Source of the DNA: Dehalococcoidia bacterium
GTDB taxonomy: Bacteria > Chloroflexota > Dehalococcoidia > Lucifugimonadales > UBA3495
Length of the DNA stretch: 64,000 bases
NCBI GenBank assembly: GCA_965261885.1
Contig: CBDHDY010000042.1
Coordinates: forward strand, 2,250 to 66,249
Reading direction: 5' to 3'
The translations under genes and the position numbers were made by a program. Below, piece after piece: positions 45,309-54,050 of this stretch (the stretch's first letter is position 1; every line of letters starts with the position of its first letter). Under the pieces are notes generated by a model. That model worked only from the letters and a program-made list of their open reading frames with translations. It did not search any database and had not been told where the DNA came from.

Positions 45309-45374
45309 TTTCGCCTCTCAATATGCCACCTCCCTTTGAGGGAGAGGGCGGTATTCGTCGCGACTCGGTCTGGC

Positions 45375-46469
45375 CTATGCCCGCGCTCGCTGGTTGATGG
45401 TGAGTATGTTCTGGCAAAACTGAGCGGTGGCCATCATGTCAGGGATCACAACGTACTCGTTCACCGTGTGCATCTCGTTGGTCGCCATACCCACAACCAC
45501 ACACTCGACGCCGTTGAGCCGCATGGCGTTGGCGTCGGTTCCGCCACCCGAGGGATGAATGTTGGGGTTCATAGACATGTTTCTCAGCTGGCCGGTAACC
45601 AGCTGAACAATGGCCTCGTTGGGGTCTAGAAGGTACATCTGGAACATCATTTCCAGCTCTTCATTGATGGTGGCGTCACGGTACTTCTCCCGTGCCCTGC
45701 GCAGCGTCTCCCCCACTTGCATCCGCAACAAGTCAATGGTCTCGGTATTGTGGCTGCGGAACTCGCCACCGAAACTGGCCTCGACAGGCACAGCATTCCG
45801 CACCGTTCCGCCTGTAATCAGTCCGACGTTGAACGTCGTCTCCTCATCGAGGCGTCCGTTGGGGAGCTCGTTGATGATTTCGGAGGCTATGCGAATGGCC
45901 GACAGGCCCTTTTCCGGCTCCACGCCCGCATGGGCGCCCCGACCGGTAACGTTCACGTCGAAACGCATGTACGTGGGGCTGGCTCCGGTAATGGTGTTTA
46001 CCGGCCCGTTGCCGTCGAAAACCACCGCGTCGCGGCAGCGGATCATCGAGTAGTCCAGGTTGGCCGCTCCGACCAGGCCGATTTCCTCGCCGCGGGTCAT
46101 TACCACTTGCACGGGGCGACGCAGGCCGCCGTCCTGGGCAATGCTCTCCAGTCCTTCCAGGATCGCGGCGACGCCGGCCTTGCAGTCGCCGCCAAGAATC
46201 GTGGTGCCGTCGGACACGACGCGGTCGCCCTGCACCTCCGGCTTGATCCCTCGCCCCGGCTCCACCGTGTCCATGTGGGCCGAAAGCATCAGAGGGTCAG
46301 CACCCTCTTCCGAGGCAATCAAATTGCCGTGGGCGTCGCGTTCCACGGTGAACCCCAGGTTTTCCAGTCGCCCGGTGAGATGCTGGGCCACAGCCTCCTC
46401 TTCGTCCGACGGGCTATCGATCTTGACCAACTCACAAAAGGAATTGACCAAGCGTTCCTGATCAATCAT
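45375..46469 (-). CDS. M20-family metallopeptidase (peptidase T-like)
   Basis: LVKIDSPSDEE.., LSAHMDTV, GGDCKAG, and GGGTDAN. Confidence 0.82.
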   Translation of the reverse strand: MIDQERLVNSFCELVKIDSPSDEEEAVAQHLTGRLENLGFTVERDAHGNLIASEEGADPLMLSAHMDTVEPGRGIKPEVQGDRVVSDGTTILGGDCKAGVAAILEGLESIAQDGGLRRPVQVVMTRGEEIGLVGAANLDYSMIRCRDAVVFDGNGPVNTITGASPTYMRFDVNVTGRGAHAGVEPEKGLSAIRIASEIINELPNGRLDEETTFNVGLITGGTVRNAVPVEASFGGEFRSHNTETIDLLRMQVGETLRRAREKYRDATINEELEMMFQMYLLDPNEAIVQLVTGQLRNMSMNPNIHPSGGGTDANAMRLNGVECVVVGMATNEMHTVNEYVVIPDMMATAQFCQNILTINQRARA

Positions 46470-46691
46470 TTAACGACCTCCGGCAGGATCCAAAACGGGG
46501 CAGGGCTGACCCGCCCCTGCGTTGGCGGGTATTATACATTACCTTGAGGGTGACCCTTTCGCCGATCTGTGATGCTGCGAATTGCGGGTTGAGAGACTCA
46601 CAGAGGCACATGACCCACGAATCCAATCAAGACCGCGTCTGCACCGGTATGAAAAGATGAAACGGCGTGTGGAACAACGGGTGGAAAACGG

Positions 46692-47414
46692 GTGGAAAAA
46701 ACAGCAGAGACCCTGAGTGAGATTACCAGCGACATCGTCTCATGCCGTCGTTGTCCTCGTCTGGTGGGGCATCGCGAGCACATCGGCGAAACGAAGCGCG
46801 CATCCTATTCCAATTGGGAATATTGGGCCAAGCCCGTTCCCAGCTTCGGTGACCCGGCTGCGCCTCTGATGGTGCTGGGGCTTGCCCCGGCGGCCCACGG
46901 GGGCAACCGGACCGGGCGGGTCTTTACAGGAGACGCCTCGGCCACATTCTTGATCAAGGCAATGTACGAGGCCGGCCTGGCCAACCAGCCGATCTCGGAA
47001 CACAGGGACGACGGGCTGGAATACACGGGAGCGTACGTCTGCGCCGCAGTGCGCTGTGTGCCCCCGCAGGATCGTCCCACGCCGGAGGAGCAGCGGACCT
47101 GCCTCCCTTACCTGGCGCGGGAAATGCGATCGCTGCCCAACCTACGAGTGGTGCTGGCCCTGGGCCAGATTGCTTTCCAGGCAGCCCTGAAGGCCATGGC
47201 GGAACTGGGGGCCAAACGCCCGAGGGCAAAGTTCGGGCACGGCGCTGTATATCACCTGGAGGAGGGGTTGCCGCTGCTGGTGGGTTGCTACCATCCCAGT
47301 CCACGCAACACTAACACCGGGCGACTCAAGATGGAGCAATTGGTGGAAACGCTGAAAATGGCAAAGAGCCTGGGGGAGGAAGGAGTGGTGATGGGGGGAA
47401 CTGGTAGGGCGTAG
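46692..47414 (+). CDS. Uracil-DNA glycosylase, family 5-like (UdgB type) with 4Fe-4S cysteines
   Basis: CRRCPRL and LGLAPAAHGGNRTGRVFTGD (GLAPA instead of the family-4 GE[AG]PG). GTG start. The last 13 nt overlap tRNA-Glu on the opposite strand. Confidence 0.8.
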   Translation: MEKTAETLSEITSDIVSCRRCPRLVGHREHIGETKRASYSNWEYWAKPVPSFGDPAAPLMVLGLAPAAHGGNRTGRVFTGDASATFLIKAMYEAGLANQPISEHRDDGLEYTGAYVCAAVRCVPPQDRPTPEEQRTCLPYLAREMRSLPNLRVVLALGQIAFQAALKAMAELGAKRPRAKFGHGAVYHLEEGLPLLVGCYHPSPRNTNTGRLKMEQLVETLKMAKSLGEEGVVMGGTGRA

Positions 47415-47478
47415 GGGATTTGAACCCCTGATCTCCGCCTTGAGAGGGCGGTGTCCTGGGCCGCTAGACGAACGCCCC
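47402..47478 (-). tRNA. tRNA-Glu (anticodon CTC)
   Basis: Reverse complement is GGGGCGTTCGTCTAGCGGCCCAGGACACCGCCCTCTCAAGGCGGAGATCAGGGGTTCAAATCCCCTACGCCCTACCA. The loop is CT-CTC-AA and the D-arm is Glu-type. The G1-U72 pair is a wobble. Confidence 0.88.
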
Positions 47479-47825
47479 ACCAAAACAGTGGCAGAGTCCC
47501 TGGCCCGCTAGGACTCCACGTCTCAACTATAGCAAAGCGGCCAATCTCTGTAAAGGTATGATATCCGTCTGCTGGGCGATCGCGCATTAGGTGAGTCGGC
47601 CGGTTATGTCCGCTCTTTACTCTCTCCATTGGCCAAGGGTCGAGATGTATCCGATCGGAAAATTTCCTGGACTTTGCGGACGCTGGATTCTCGAACAAAA
47701 GGGAGTCAAGAATCACTGACAGGTCCCCAACCTCCCCAACCCAACCTTTCACTACTAACACCGGGCGGATTGGCAGAGCCAGCCCGTCCCACCAAATCAT
47801 TCTGCCCCTAATTTAGGAGAGGCTC

Positions 47826-48836
47826 ATGGAGATCGGAAAGTTTCCACCTGAATTGCTCGAACGCTTGCTGGGTTCCATTGGGCGAAATGACCCTCGGGTG
47901 GTGCTGGGCCCACGAGTAGGGGAAGATGCAGCGGCACTGGACTTCGGAGACCGGTTGTTGGTGGCCAAGTCCGACCCTGTAACCTTCGCTACCGATCGCG
48001 CTGGGTGGTATTCCGTCCAGGTCTGCGCCAACGATGTGGCCTGCACCGGCGCCACTCCCCTCTGGTTCCTGGCCACCATCCTGGCGCCGGAATGGTTCAC
48101 CGAGGAGGATGCCTCGCACCTGTTCGAGGATGTCCTGAGCGCCTGCAACGAGCTGAATGTAACCCTCATTGGCGGCCACAGCGAGGTGACCCAAGGCATT
48201 CAGAGGCCAATAGTCATGGGTACTATGCTCGGCGAGGTTGAACGGGAAAACCTGATCACCACCGGTGGCGCCCAGGAGGGGGACAGCATCGTGGTGTCCA
48301 AGGGGTTGGCCATCGAGGGCACGGCGATCCTTGCCCGGGACTGTGCAGATTACTTGGCGGAGGCCGGAGTATCAACCAGTGTAATTGACGGCTGTGCAGC
48401 GCTACTACATTCGCCAGGCATCAGCGTGCTGCCGGAGGCCCGCATCGCCAGTACACAAAACGCAGTACACGCAATGCACGACGTTACCGAGGGAGGGCTG
48501 ATTACCGCGTTACACGAAATAGCGCAGGCATCGGGACTGGGGATTGCTATTGAGGAGGATAGTGTACCCGTGCTACCAGGGACCACCGAGACGTGTACCG
48601 CTCTGGGGCTGGACCCCCTGGGGCTGCTTGGGTCGGGGGCGCTGATTATCACGCTACCCCCACCCGGTACTCCTCAGCTTTTGCGCACCCTGGAGCTGGC
48701 AGGTATCGATGCATGGGAGATTGGTCAGATGCTGCCGCCGGAGGAGGGCAGGATCCTGTTCTCCCGGACTGGAGAGGAAATTACACTTCCGGTATTCCAG
48801 CGCGACGAGCTCGCCCGCTTCTTTGCACAAACATGA
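47826..48836 (+). CDS. AIR-synthase-related (PurM/ThiL/HypE-like) protein
   Basis: GEDAAALD...VAKSDP.TF and IGGHSEVT..., in the two-domain PurM-like layout. GGAGAGG RBS. Confidence 0.78.
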   Translation: MEIGKFPPELLERLLGSIGRNDPRVVLGPRVGEDAAALDFGDRLLVAKSDPVTFATDRAGWYSVQVCANDVACTGATPLWFLATILAPEWFTEEDASHLFEDVLSACNELNVTLIGGHSEVTQGIQRPIVMGTMLGEVERENLITTGGAQEGDSIVVSKGLAIEGTAILARDCADYLAEAGVSTSVIDGCAALLHSPGISVLPEARIASTQNAVHAMHDVTEGGLITALHEIAQASGLGIAIEEDSVPVLPGTTETCTALGLDPLGLLGSGALIITLPPPGTPQLLRTLELAGIDAWEIGQMLPPEEGRILFSRTGEEITLPVFQRDELARFFAQT

Positions 48837-48977
48837 CTGACCTACAACCGGGCATCTCCCTTATGCAGGTAACGCCACCAGATTTGCATTATGTTACACA
48901 GAGACTGGTTTATGTTGTGTACTGCTTTACGTTTTATTGCATTCCAATGTTGCGGCGTCAGACGATAATGCAACTGG

Positions 48978-49952
48978 TTACTTGGAGGATGCTTGGTACA
49001 CCGCCAGCGCCTCTGCCAGTCTGCTGGCAGTGATGTTGGCACCGCTGACCGTAATCGACACCTTTTTGCCCTTCAGCCGGTCGGCGTGCTTCACAGCACC
49101 GGCAAGGGCTGTCGCTCCCGCCGGCTCTGCCAGCGTGTGGGCCTTCTCCACCAACAGGCCAATGGCTCGTCGTATGTCATCATCGCTCACCAGAAGGAAG
49201 TCATCCAACAGGTCCGCCATAATGCGCTGAGGAAGCTCGTAACCCGATTTGGTCGCGACTCCTTCCGCAAAAGTCTCCATTAGCGCCTCGACAATTTCCC
49301 CCTGCTTCCATGATAAATACGCGGCGGGGGCGGCATCGGACTGAACGGCGTAGACCTGTATCGACGGATCGATGGACTTGGCGACGATACAGGCACCAGC
49401 AATACCGGATCCCCCGCCAAGCGGGAGCATCATCACTTCGACATCCGGCAGATCCTCTATGATTTCAAGGCTTGCCGTCCCAACGCCCGCAATCAGCAGA
49501 GGTTCGTTGACTGCGTGTACATAGCGATAACCCTCTTCACGGGCCAGGCGTTCGCAATAGTCCCTGGCATCGTCGAAGGTCTCTCCGTGGAAAATCAGTT
49601 CCGCACCCAGAGAGCGCATTCCCGCAACCTTCACCGGGTTGGCATTCTCCGGCAGACCGATGAGTACCCGCACGCCAAACTCTCGGCCGGCACTGGCCAA
49701 TGACTGGCCGTGGTTGCCCGTCGAGGCGGTGATCAGACCCCGCTGACGCTCCTCCGAGGTTATGTTTGCCAGCAGGTTGATGCCTCCGCGAGATTTGAAT
49801 GCTCCGAGGGGAAGGTGCTCCTCGTGCTTTATGTACACTTCGGCATTTAGCACCTCACTGAGTCCCATAGAATAGTGCAAGGGCGTGCGTTGAAAATGTG
49901 GCGAGATGGTCCGCCTTGCTTGGTACACATCCCGAATCGTGGGTGTCAGCAT
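48978..49952 (-). CDS. PLP-dependent threonine/serine dehydratase
   Basis: GAFKSRGG (PLP lysine), TASTGNHGQS, and LPLGGGSGIAG. Confidence 0.88.
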   Translation of the reverse strand: MLTPTIRDVYQARRTISPHFQRTPLHYSMGLSEVLNAEVYIKHEEHLPLGAFKSRGGINLLANITSEERQRGLITASTGNHGQSLASAGREFGVRVLIGLPENANPVKVAGMRSLGAELIFHGETFDDARDYCERLAREEGYRYVHAVNEPLLIAGVGTASLEIIEDLPDVEVMMLPLGGGSGIAGACIVAKSIDPSIQVYAVQSDAAPAAYLSWKQGEIVEALMETFAEGVATKSGYELPQRIMADLLDDFLLVSDDDIRRAIGLLVEKAHTLAEPAGATALAGAVKHADRLKGKKVSITVSGANITASRLAEALAVYQASSK

Positions 49953-50242
49953 GGCTATCCTTTACTGGTAATGGGGCTTTCGTGAGCTTATGGTGGCCCC
50001 CGCAGTATGTCAATTGCCGTTTCGGTTTCAGACTCTCATTGCAGGCTTCCGCGATCTGCTGAAGGGGGCGGCAACAGGCTCGAAAGACAGGGGGAAGGAC
50101 CCCGGATCGTAAATCATGCCGGGCTCTTCCGGGCAATTCAACTGACGGCATACCTGACGACAGGGTGGGCAATAGGCACTACAATGACAAAGGTATCTCT
50201 AAATGTTTCTTAAATGCGTTTAGGAAATTGTTTGGCGTATGC

Positions 50243-50271
50243 TTGACACTCCACCAAGGTCGTGATACCTT
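50243..50271 (+). promoter_or_regulatory. Promoter candidate for the small HTH gene
   Basis: TTGACA (50243-50248), a 17-nt spacer, then TACCTT. AGGAGG lies 6 nt before the GTG at 50323. Confidence 0.3.
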
Positions 50272-50322
50272 ATCAACACTTCAAGACGCTGAGACAGTGC
50301 AAGTGACAGTAGGAGGCGCATC

Positions 50323-50547
50323 GTGGCACGAAAGACCAAGTTGATGCTACGTGTAGAAAAGGATAATGGTCGGCCTCTCGAGGAATTGCTACCTGAGAGA
50401 GTCAACGACATAGGCCTTTCTGCTACTGCCGAGGAGTTGGGCGTCAGCAAAGCCACCTTGGGTTACTGGCTCTTGAAGCTCGGTATTAGTGTAAGGCGGA
50501 TCGCGGTCTCTCGCGATGAGGTCGTGGAGATCAGGAAGATTAGCTAG
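50323..50547 (+). CDS. Small helix-turn-helix protein (74 aa)
   Basis: SATAEELGVSKATLGYWLLKLGI is a classic HTH segment. It has a strong RBS, and its own terminator follows. Confidence 0.6.
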   Translation: MARKTKLMLRVEKDNGRPLEELLPERVNDIGLSATAEELGVSKATLGYWLLKLGISVRRIAVSRDEVVEIRKIS

Positions 50548-50569
50548 CACGGAAACTGGTTTGAGACTC

Positions 50570-50598
50570 AAAAAGCCGCCCACAATGGGCGGCTTTTT
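50570..50598. terminator. Bidirectional rho-independent terminator
   Basis: AAAAA-GCCGCCC-ACAAT-GGGCGGC-TTTTT, between the convergent HTH gene and the formamidase. Confidence 0.8.
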
Positions 50599-50640
50599 CT
50601 TTACTCTTCTACCCTGCCGCAGACCTTCACCACTGGCGGA

Positions 50641-51750
50641 TCAGCCCTGGAAAATGTCCTCAGGCAGAAAAGCGGAGACCGTTACATTTGGCAGGTCCAC
50701 TGCGTTGCTGATCCTCAGGTCTACCGCAACGCTGCAAATCACGTAGGCCTGCTCACGGGTCCAGCCCCTCTCCTGCAGCAGCTCAATCATGTTGATCAGG
50801 GCATTGCGGGCCGCCAGTGTAAGATCCTCCCCCTCCTGGGTACCGTCGTCCCGAATAGGCATGCCCATCGTGGCGATGAAATTGCGGGGGGCGGCCCACT
50901 CCGGTGGCAGGAAATACCCGGGGTGGGCATATCGCGGCCAGCGGATGTTATGTCGTGCAGCCTCTCCCTTGTGCAGATGGAAGCTTACCACGGCGGTTGC
51001 TCCCATCTCGATTGCAGTAATGCAGCACTCTGAGTCACCTTGGGCAAAGTGAGCGTCGCCGCAGGAATACAGAGCGCCGGGCACATTTACCGGAATCAGC
51101 AATCTCGACCCTTTGGTAAGTTGCTTGGCGTCCACGTTGCCGCAGTTCTCTCGTGGCGGCAGGGTCCGCAGTCCCTCGGCGGCGATGGCACCTCCGGCAG
51201 GCACGGCATCCTCCGGGTCGGGGGGCGCCGCCGTTCCGCCGCGCCGCACGAGGTCCGCCTCCCTCCGAGCCCACGAATCCATCTGTTCCCTTGAAGGTGC
51301 GATACCGGCAGTTCCCATGAACGAGCCGTTGGGGATTCTCACCCCCGGCAGTTGCTCGGACGTGGCCCAGCCTTCGCTTATGTTCCAATTGACGAAATAC
51401 GGCTCCTGGAACAGATCGCGCAAAAATCCTGCACCGGGTCGGTTCCTGGTCCATCCGTAATGTTGAGGGATTATGTCAACGTATTCGATCTCCAGCAGGT
51501 CCCCGGGTTCTGCGCCGTTGATGTAGACAGGGCCGGTGAGGGGATGTGCAACCTTGGCATCAAAGCGGTCGAAGTCGGCCGTGGTAACCGCCGGGTGCAT
51601 CTGACCGTCGGAGGCGTCCCGTGTTTCCAAGAGTACCTCCTCACCGGGGTTAGCCTCAAGGATGGGAGAAATGTCCGGATGCCATCGGTTATGGCCCTTC
51701 TCCGGCTCTTCCTTCAGCCGCTTGGTGCGGTCAATCTCAACGCTTTTCAT
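50641..51750 (-). CDS. Acetamidase/formamidase family protein
   Basis: 369 aa. GHNRWHPDI.., PLTGPVYINGAEPGD, and CGNVD match FmdA/AmdA-type proteins. Confidence 0.85.
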   Translation of the reverse strand: MKSVEIDRTKRLKEEPEKGHNRWHPDISPILEANPGEEVLLETRDASDGQMHPAVTTADFDRFDAKVAHPLTGPVYINGAEPGDLLEIEYVDIIPQHYGWTRNRPGAGFLRDLFQEPYFVNWNISEGWATSEQLPGVRIPNGSFMGTAGIAPSREQMDSWARREADLVRRGGTAAPPDPEDAVPAGGAIAAEGLRTLPPRENCGNVDAKQLTKGSRLLIPVNVPGALYSCGDAHFAQGDSECCITAIEMGATAVVSFHLHKGEAARHNIRWPRYAHPGYFLPPEWAAPRNFIATMGMPIRDDGTQEGEDLTLAARNALINMIELLQERGWTREQAYVICSVAVDLRISNAVDLPNVTVSAFLPEDIFQG

Positions 51751-52001
51751 TCGCTGATATCCTCCAGGACTCGCAGGTATTCCCCCATCAGTGCCGGGGT
51801 GCCTACCTGTATCGCATTGTCAATTTGCCGGGCGGGTAGATGCTGGCAGCGTTTGCCGCGAACTTGTATTCCCCGTGCTCGAGGGTGGTAGTTGATCAGA
51901 ATGTGCACGTCTCGGCTGCAGTGCCGGCGATCATGATCTCCCGCCAGATTCCGACCGGTCCGCAGACATCCTGAATCACAAATACAGGGGTATCTCTCCA
52001 A
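51747..52001 (-). CDS. Small ORF translationally coupled (ATGA) to the formamidase; possibly a gene remnant
   Basis: 84-aa ORF. Only the last ~25 aa look protein-like. Neighbouring frames contain other plausible peptide stretches (EIMIAGTAAETC.., TLEHGEYKFAANAASIYPPGK). Confidence 0.25.
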   Translation of the reverse strand: MERYPCICDSGCLRTGRNLAGDHDRRHCSRDVHILINYHPRARGIQVRGKRCQHLPARQIDNAIQVGTPALMGEYLRVLEDISE

Positions 52002-52077
52002 TCGGGCACGCCACTATTGCAGACTGTCTACCCCAATAAACCTGCGCCTCTTCTTTGGCGCGACTATCGGCCGAAAC

Positions 52078-53772
52078 CTACAGCGTCCAGTCCTCGGGCG
52101 TCTCCGGCGTCGGCATGGGGCGGATTGTGACTTCCACCAGAGCGGCCTGGCCGTTCTCGGTGGCAGCAATGGCGCGGCGGAAGGCGTCCTGCAGCTCTGC
52201 CGGGTCTTCAACTCGCTCGGAGTAAGCGCCAAGGCCCTGAGCGACCATGGAGAAATTACCGCCCAACTCGGCCATTGGAGGCGGCGCGGCATTCTCGCGG
52301 GCCATGGCCATCAGCCCTCCGCCAGTGCCGCCATTGTTCAGCACCACAGTTAGCGTCGGAAGCTTCATCCGGACGGCGGTTTCCAGTTCCATGCCAACCA
52401 TGCCGAAAGAGGCGTCTCCCAGCACATTGAACACCAGATGGTCGGGGCGGCCCAGTTTCACGCCGATGGCCGCGGCCATTGACCAGCCCATGGCCGCCAT
52501 GCCGCCCATGCCGATGTAGTTGCGCGGCTTGGTCGCAGGCCAGAATGGCGACAGATAGCCGCGGCTTCCGCCAGCATCGTGCAGGGCGATGGTGCGGTCG
52601 AGGTCGACTACTTTCATTAGTTCCTGAACCACGCGGTACCCGTTGGTGGGAGACGATTCGTCGTTGAGGGTAGGTTCCCACTCGGCGTGCCACTTGGCTT
52701 TTGCCTCGCGAATCTCGGCAACGATCTCCTCGCGCCGCGCCGCAGACGGTGGTCCGCCCGGTCCCATCCGGTCCCGGACGGCGTCGATGAGGCTGCGAAG
52801 GGCCAGCTTGGCGTCGGCCAGGATGGGCACATCTGCCTGGTAGATCTTATTGAGATCGCCTGAGTCGGCGTTTATGTGAATCAGGCTCACGCCCTCTGGG
52901 ATGGGACGTCCGTCGGTGGCGTTGGGCAGGCGGAAGGAGTTGCCCACGGCCAGAACGGCGTCTGCTCTCCGGTTGACAATGTGAGCTGCCCCGGAGGCGT
53001 ACCTGCTTCGCGGGTAAACGCCGCCCCCCACGGACAGCGGATGGTTTTCGGGGAACGCACCCTTACCCACCAGGGTGCTGGCGACGGGCATGGCCATCAG
53101 CTCGGCCAACTCAAGGGCCTCGTCCCAGGCCTCCGCGGCCAGCACGCCCCCGCCAACATTCATAATCGGGAAGTTGGCGTTCAGCAGAATCTCCGCGGCG
53201 CGCTCGATGTCCGCTGCGTCGGGGGCGGCCCGGCGGCCCGGCCCTACCGGCTCGTAGTTCAGTACCTCGTCCGGGGCCTCCATCATCAACACGTCCTGCG
53301 GCATTTCCAGGACCACCGGTCCTGGTGAGGCAGAACGCAGGTTGGTAAAGGCTCGGCGCATGATGGCGGGTATGTCCTCTACCCGCGACATAGTGCCCTT
53401 CCACTTGACGAAACTGTCGAAGATGCTGGAGGGAACCTCCTGCTGAATTTCGCGCCCCATGCTTCCCAATGGATGCTGTCCCATTAGCAGGAGCACGGGG
53501 ATATTGTCGGCATACGCTCCGGCGATACCGGTAAGCGTGTTGGTGGCTCCCGGTCCGGTCCCGGTCAGCGCCACACCCACCTGGCCGGTGGCCCTGGCAT
53601 AACCGTCTGCAATCTCCACACCCATGCGCTCGTGGCGGGCGGAAAATATCTGTATTTGCTGAGAGGCCCGTAGCGCAGGCCACAGCGGGGCCTCACCCCC
53701 GCCGGCAAATCCGGAGATGTATCGAACTCCTTCCTTCTCTAATGCGTGAATAACTGCGTCGCCGCCTCTCAT
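52078..53772 (-). CDS. Thiamine-diphosphate-dependent enzyme (acetolactate synthase large-subunit-like)
   Basis: 564 aa. Has the N-terminal Pyr domain (ISGFAGGG..., GPGATN) and the C-terminal ThDP motif LGDASFGMVGMELETAVR..LTVVLNNGG. Confidence 0.85.
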   Translation of the reverse strand: MRGGDAVIHALEKEGVRYISGFAGGGEAPLWPALRASQQIQIFSARHERMGVEIADGYARATGQVGVALTGTGPGATNTLTGIAGAYADNIPVLLLMGQHPLGSMGREIQQEVPSSIFDSFVKWKGTMSRVEDIPAIMRRAFTNLRSASPGPVVLEMPQDVLMMEAPDEVLNYEPVGPGRRAAPDAADIERAAEILLNANFPIMNVGGGVLAAEAWDEALELAELMAMPVASTLVGKGAFPENHPLSVGGGVYPRSRYASGAAHIVNRRADAVLAVGNSFRLPNATDGRPIPEGVSLIHINADSGDLNKIYQADVPILADAKLALRSLIDAVRDRMGPGGPPSAARREEIVAEIREAKAKWHAEWEPTLNDESSPTNGYRVVQELMKVVDLDRTIALHDAGGSRGYLSPFWPATKPRNYIGMGGMAAMGWSMAAAIGVKLGRPDHLVFNVLGDASFGMVGMELETAVRMKLPTLTVVLNNGGTGGGLMAMARENAAPPPMAELGGNFSMVAQGLGAYSERVEDPAELQDAFRRAIAATENGQAALVEVTIRPMPTPETPEDWTL

Positions 53773-54050
53773 TACTGCTCTCCCACTCTGGCGATTGTGC
53801 GGAACCGGCAGTTCGTGGTGCCGTGTGCACTGCCGGTGCCCGGTGAACCCAGAATGCGCCGATGATACGCCCGCCCCTGTTGGCGGTCAAGGACGGCGCG
53901 CGGCTAGGCCGCGCTTCTTGCGTTTGTTGACCGCCTATTCAGGCACAGCTATCATCCCATCGCGGACTTGGGCGTAGTGAGCGCATCCTTCCCTTCCTTC
54001 TTATAATAAAGAGACTTTACAAGGCAAACGGCGGAACATCAGGAGGAAGC

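Noticed and set aside
44604-45629. 341-aa + strand ORF
   Set aside because: It is antisense to the HpcH aldolase and the M20 peptidase and spans their intergenic region. It has no RBS or motif.
47288-47800. 170-aa minus-strand ORF
   Set aside because: It spans tRNA-Glu and the 3' end of the UDG gene. It has no motif or RBS.
47479-47825. SRP RNA-like CAGGTCC segment and other possible ncRNA
   Set aside because: The surrounding sequence lacks the conserved SRP domain IV motif (GGAAGCAGCC-like) and the helix pairing. I could find no tmRNA, RNase P or riboswitch consensus by eye.
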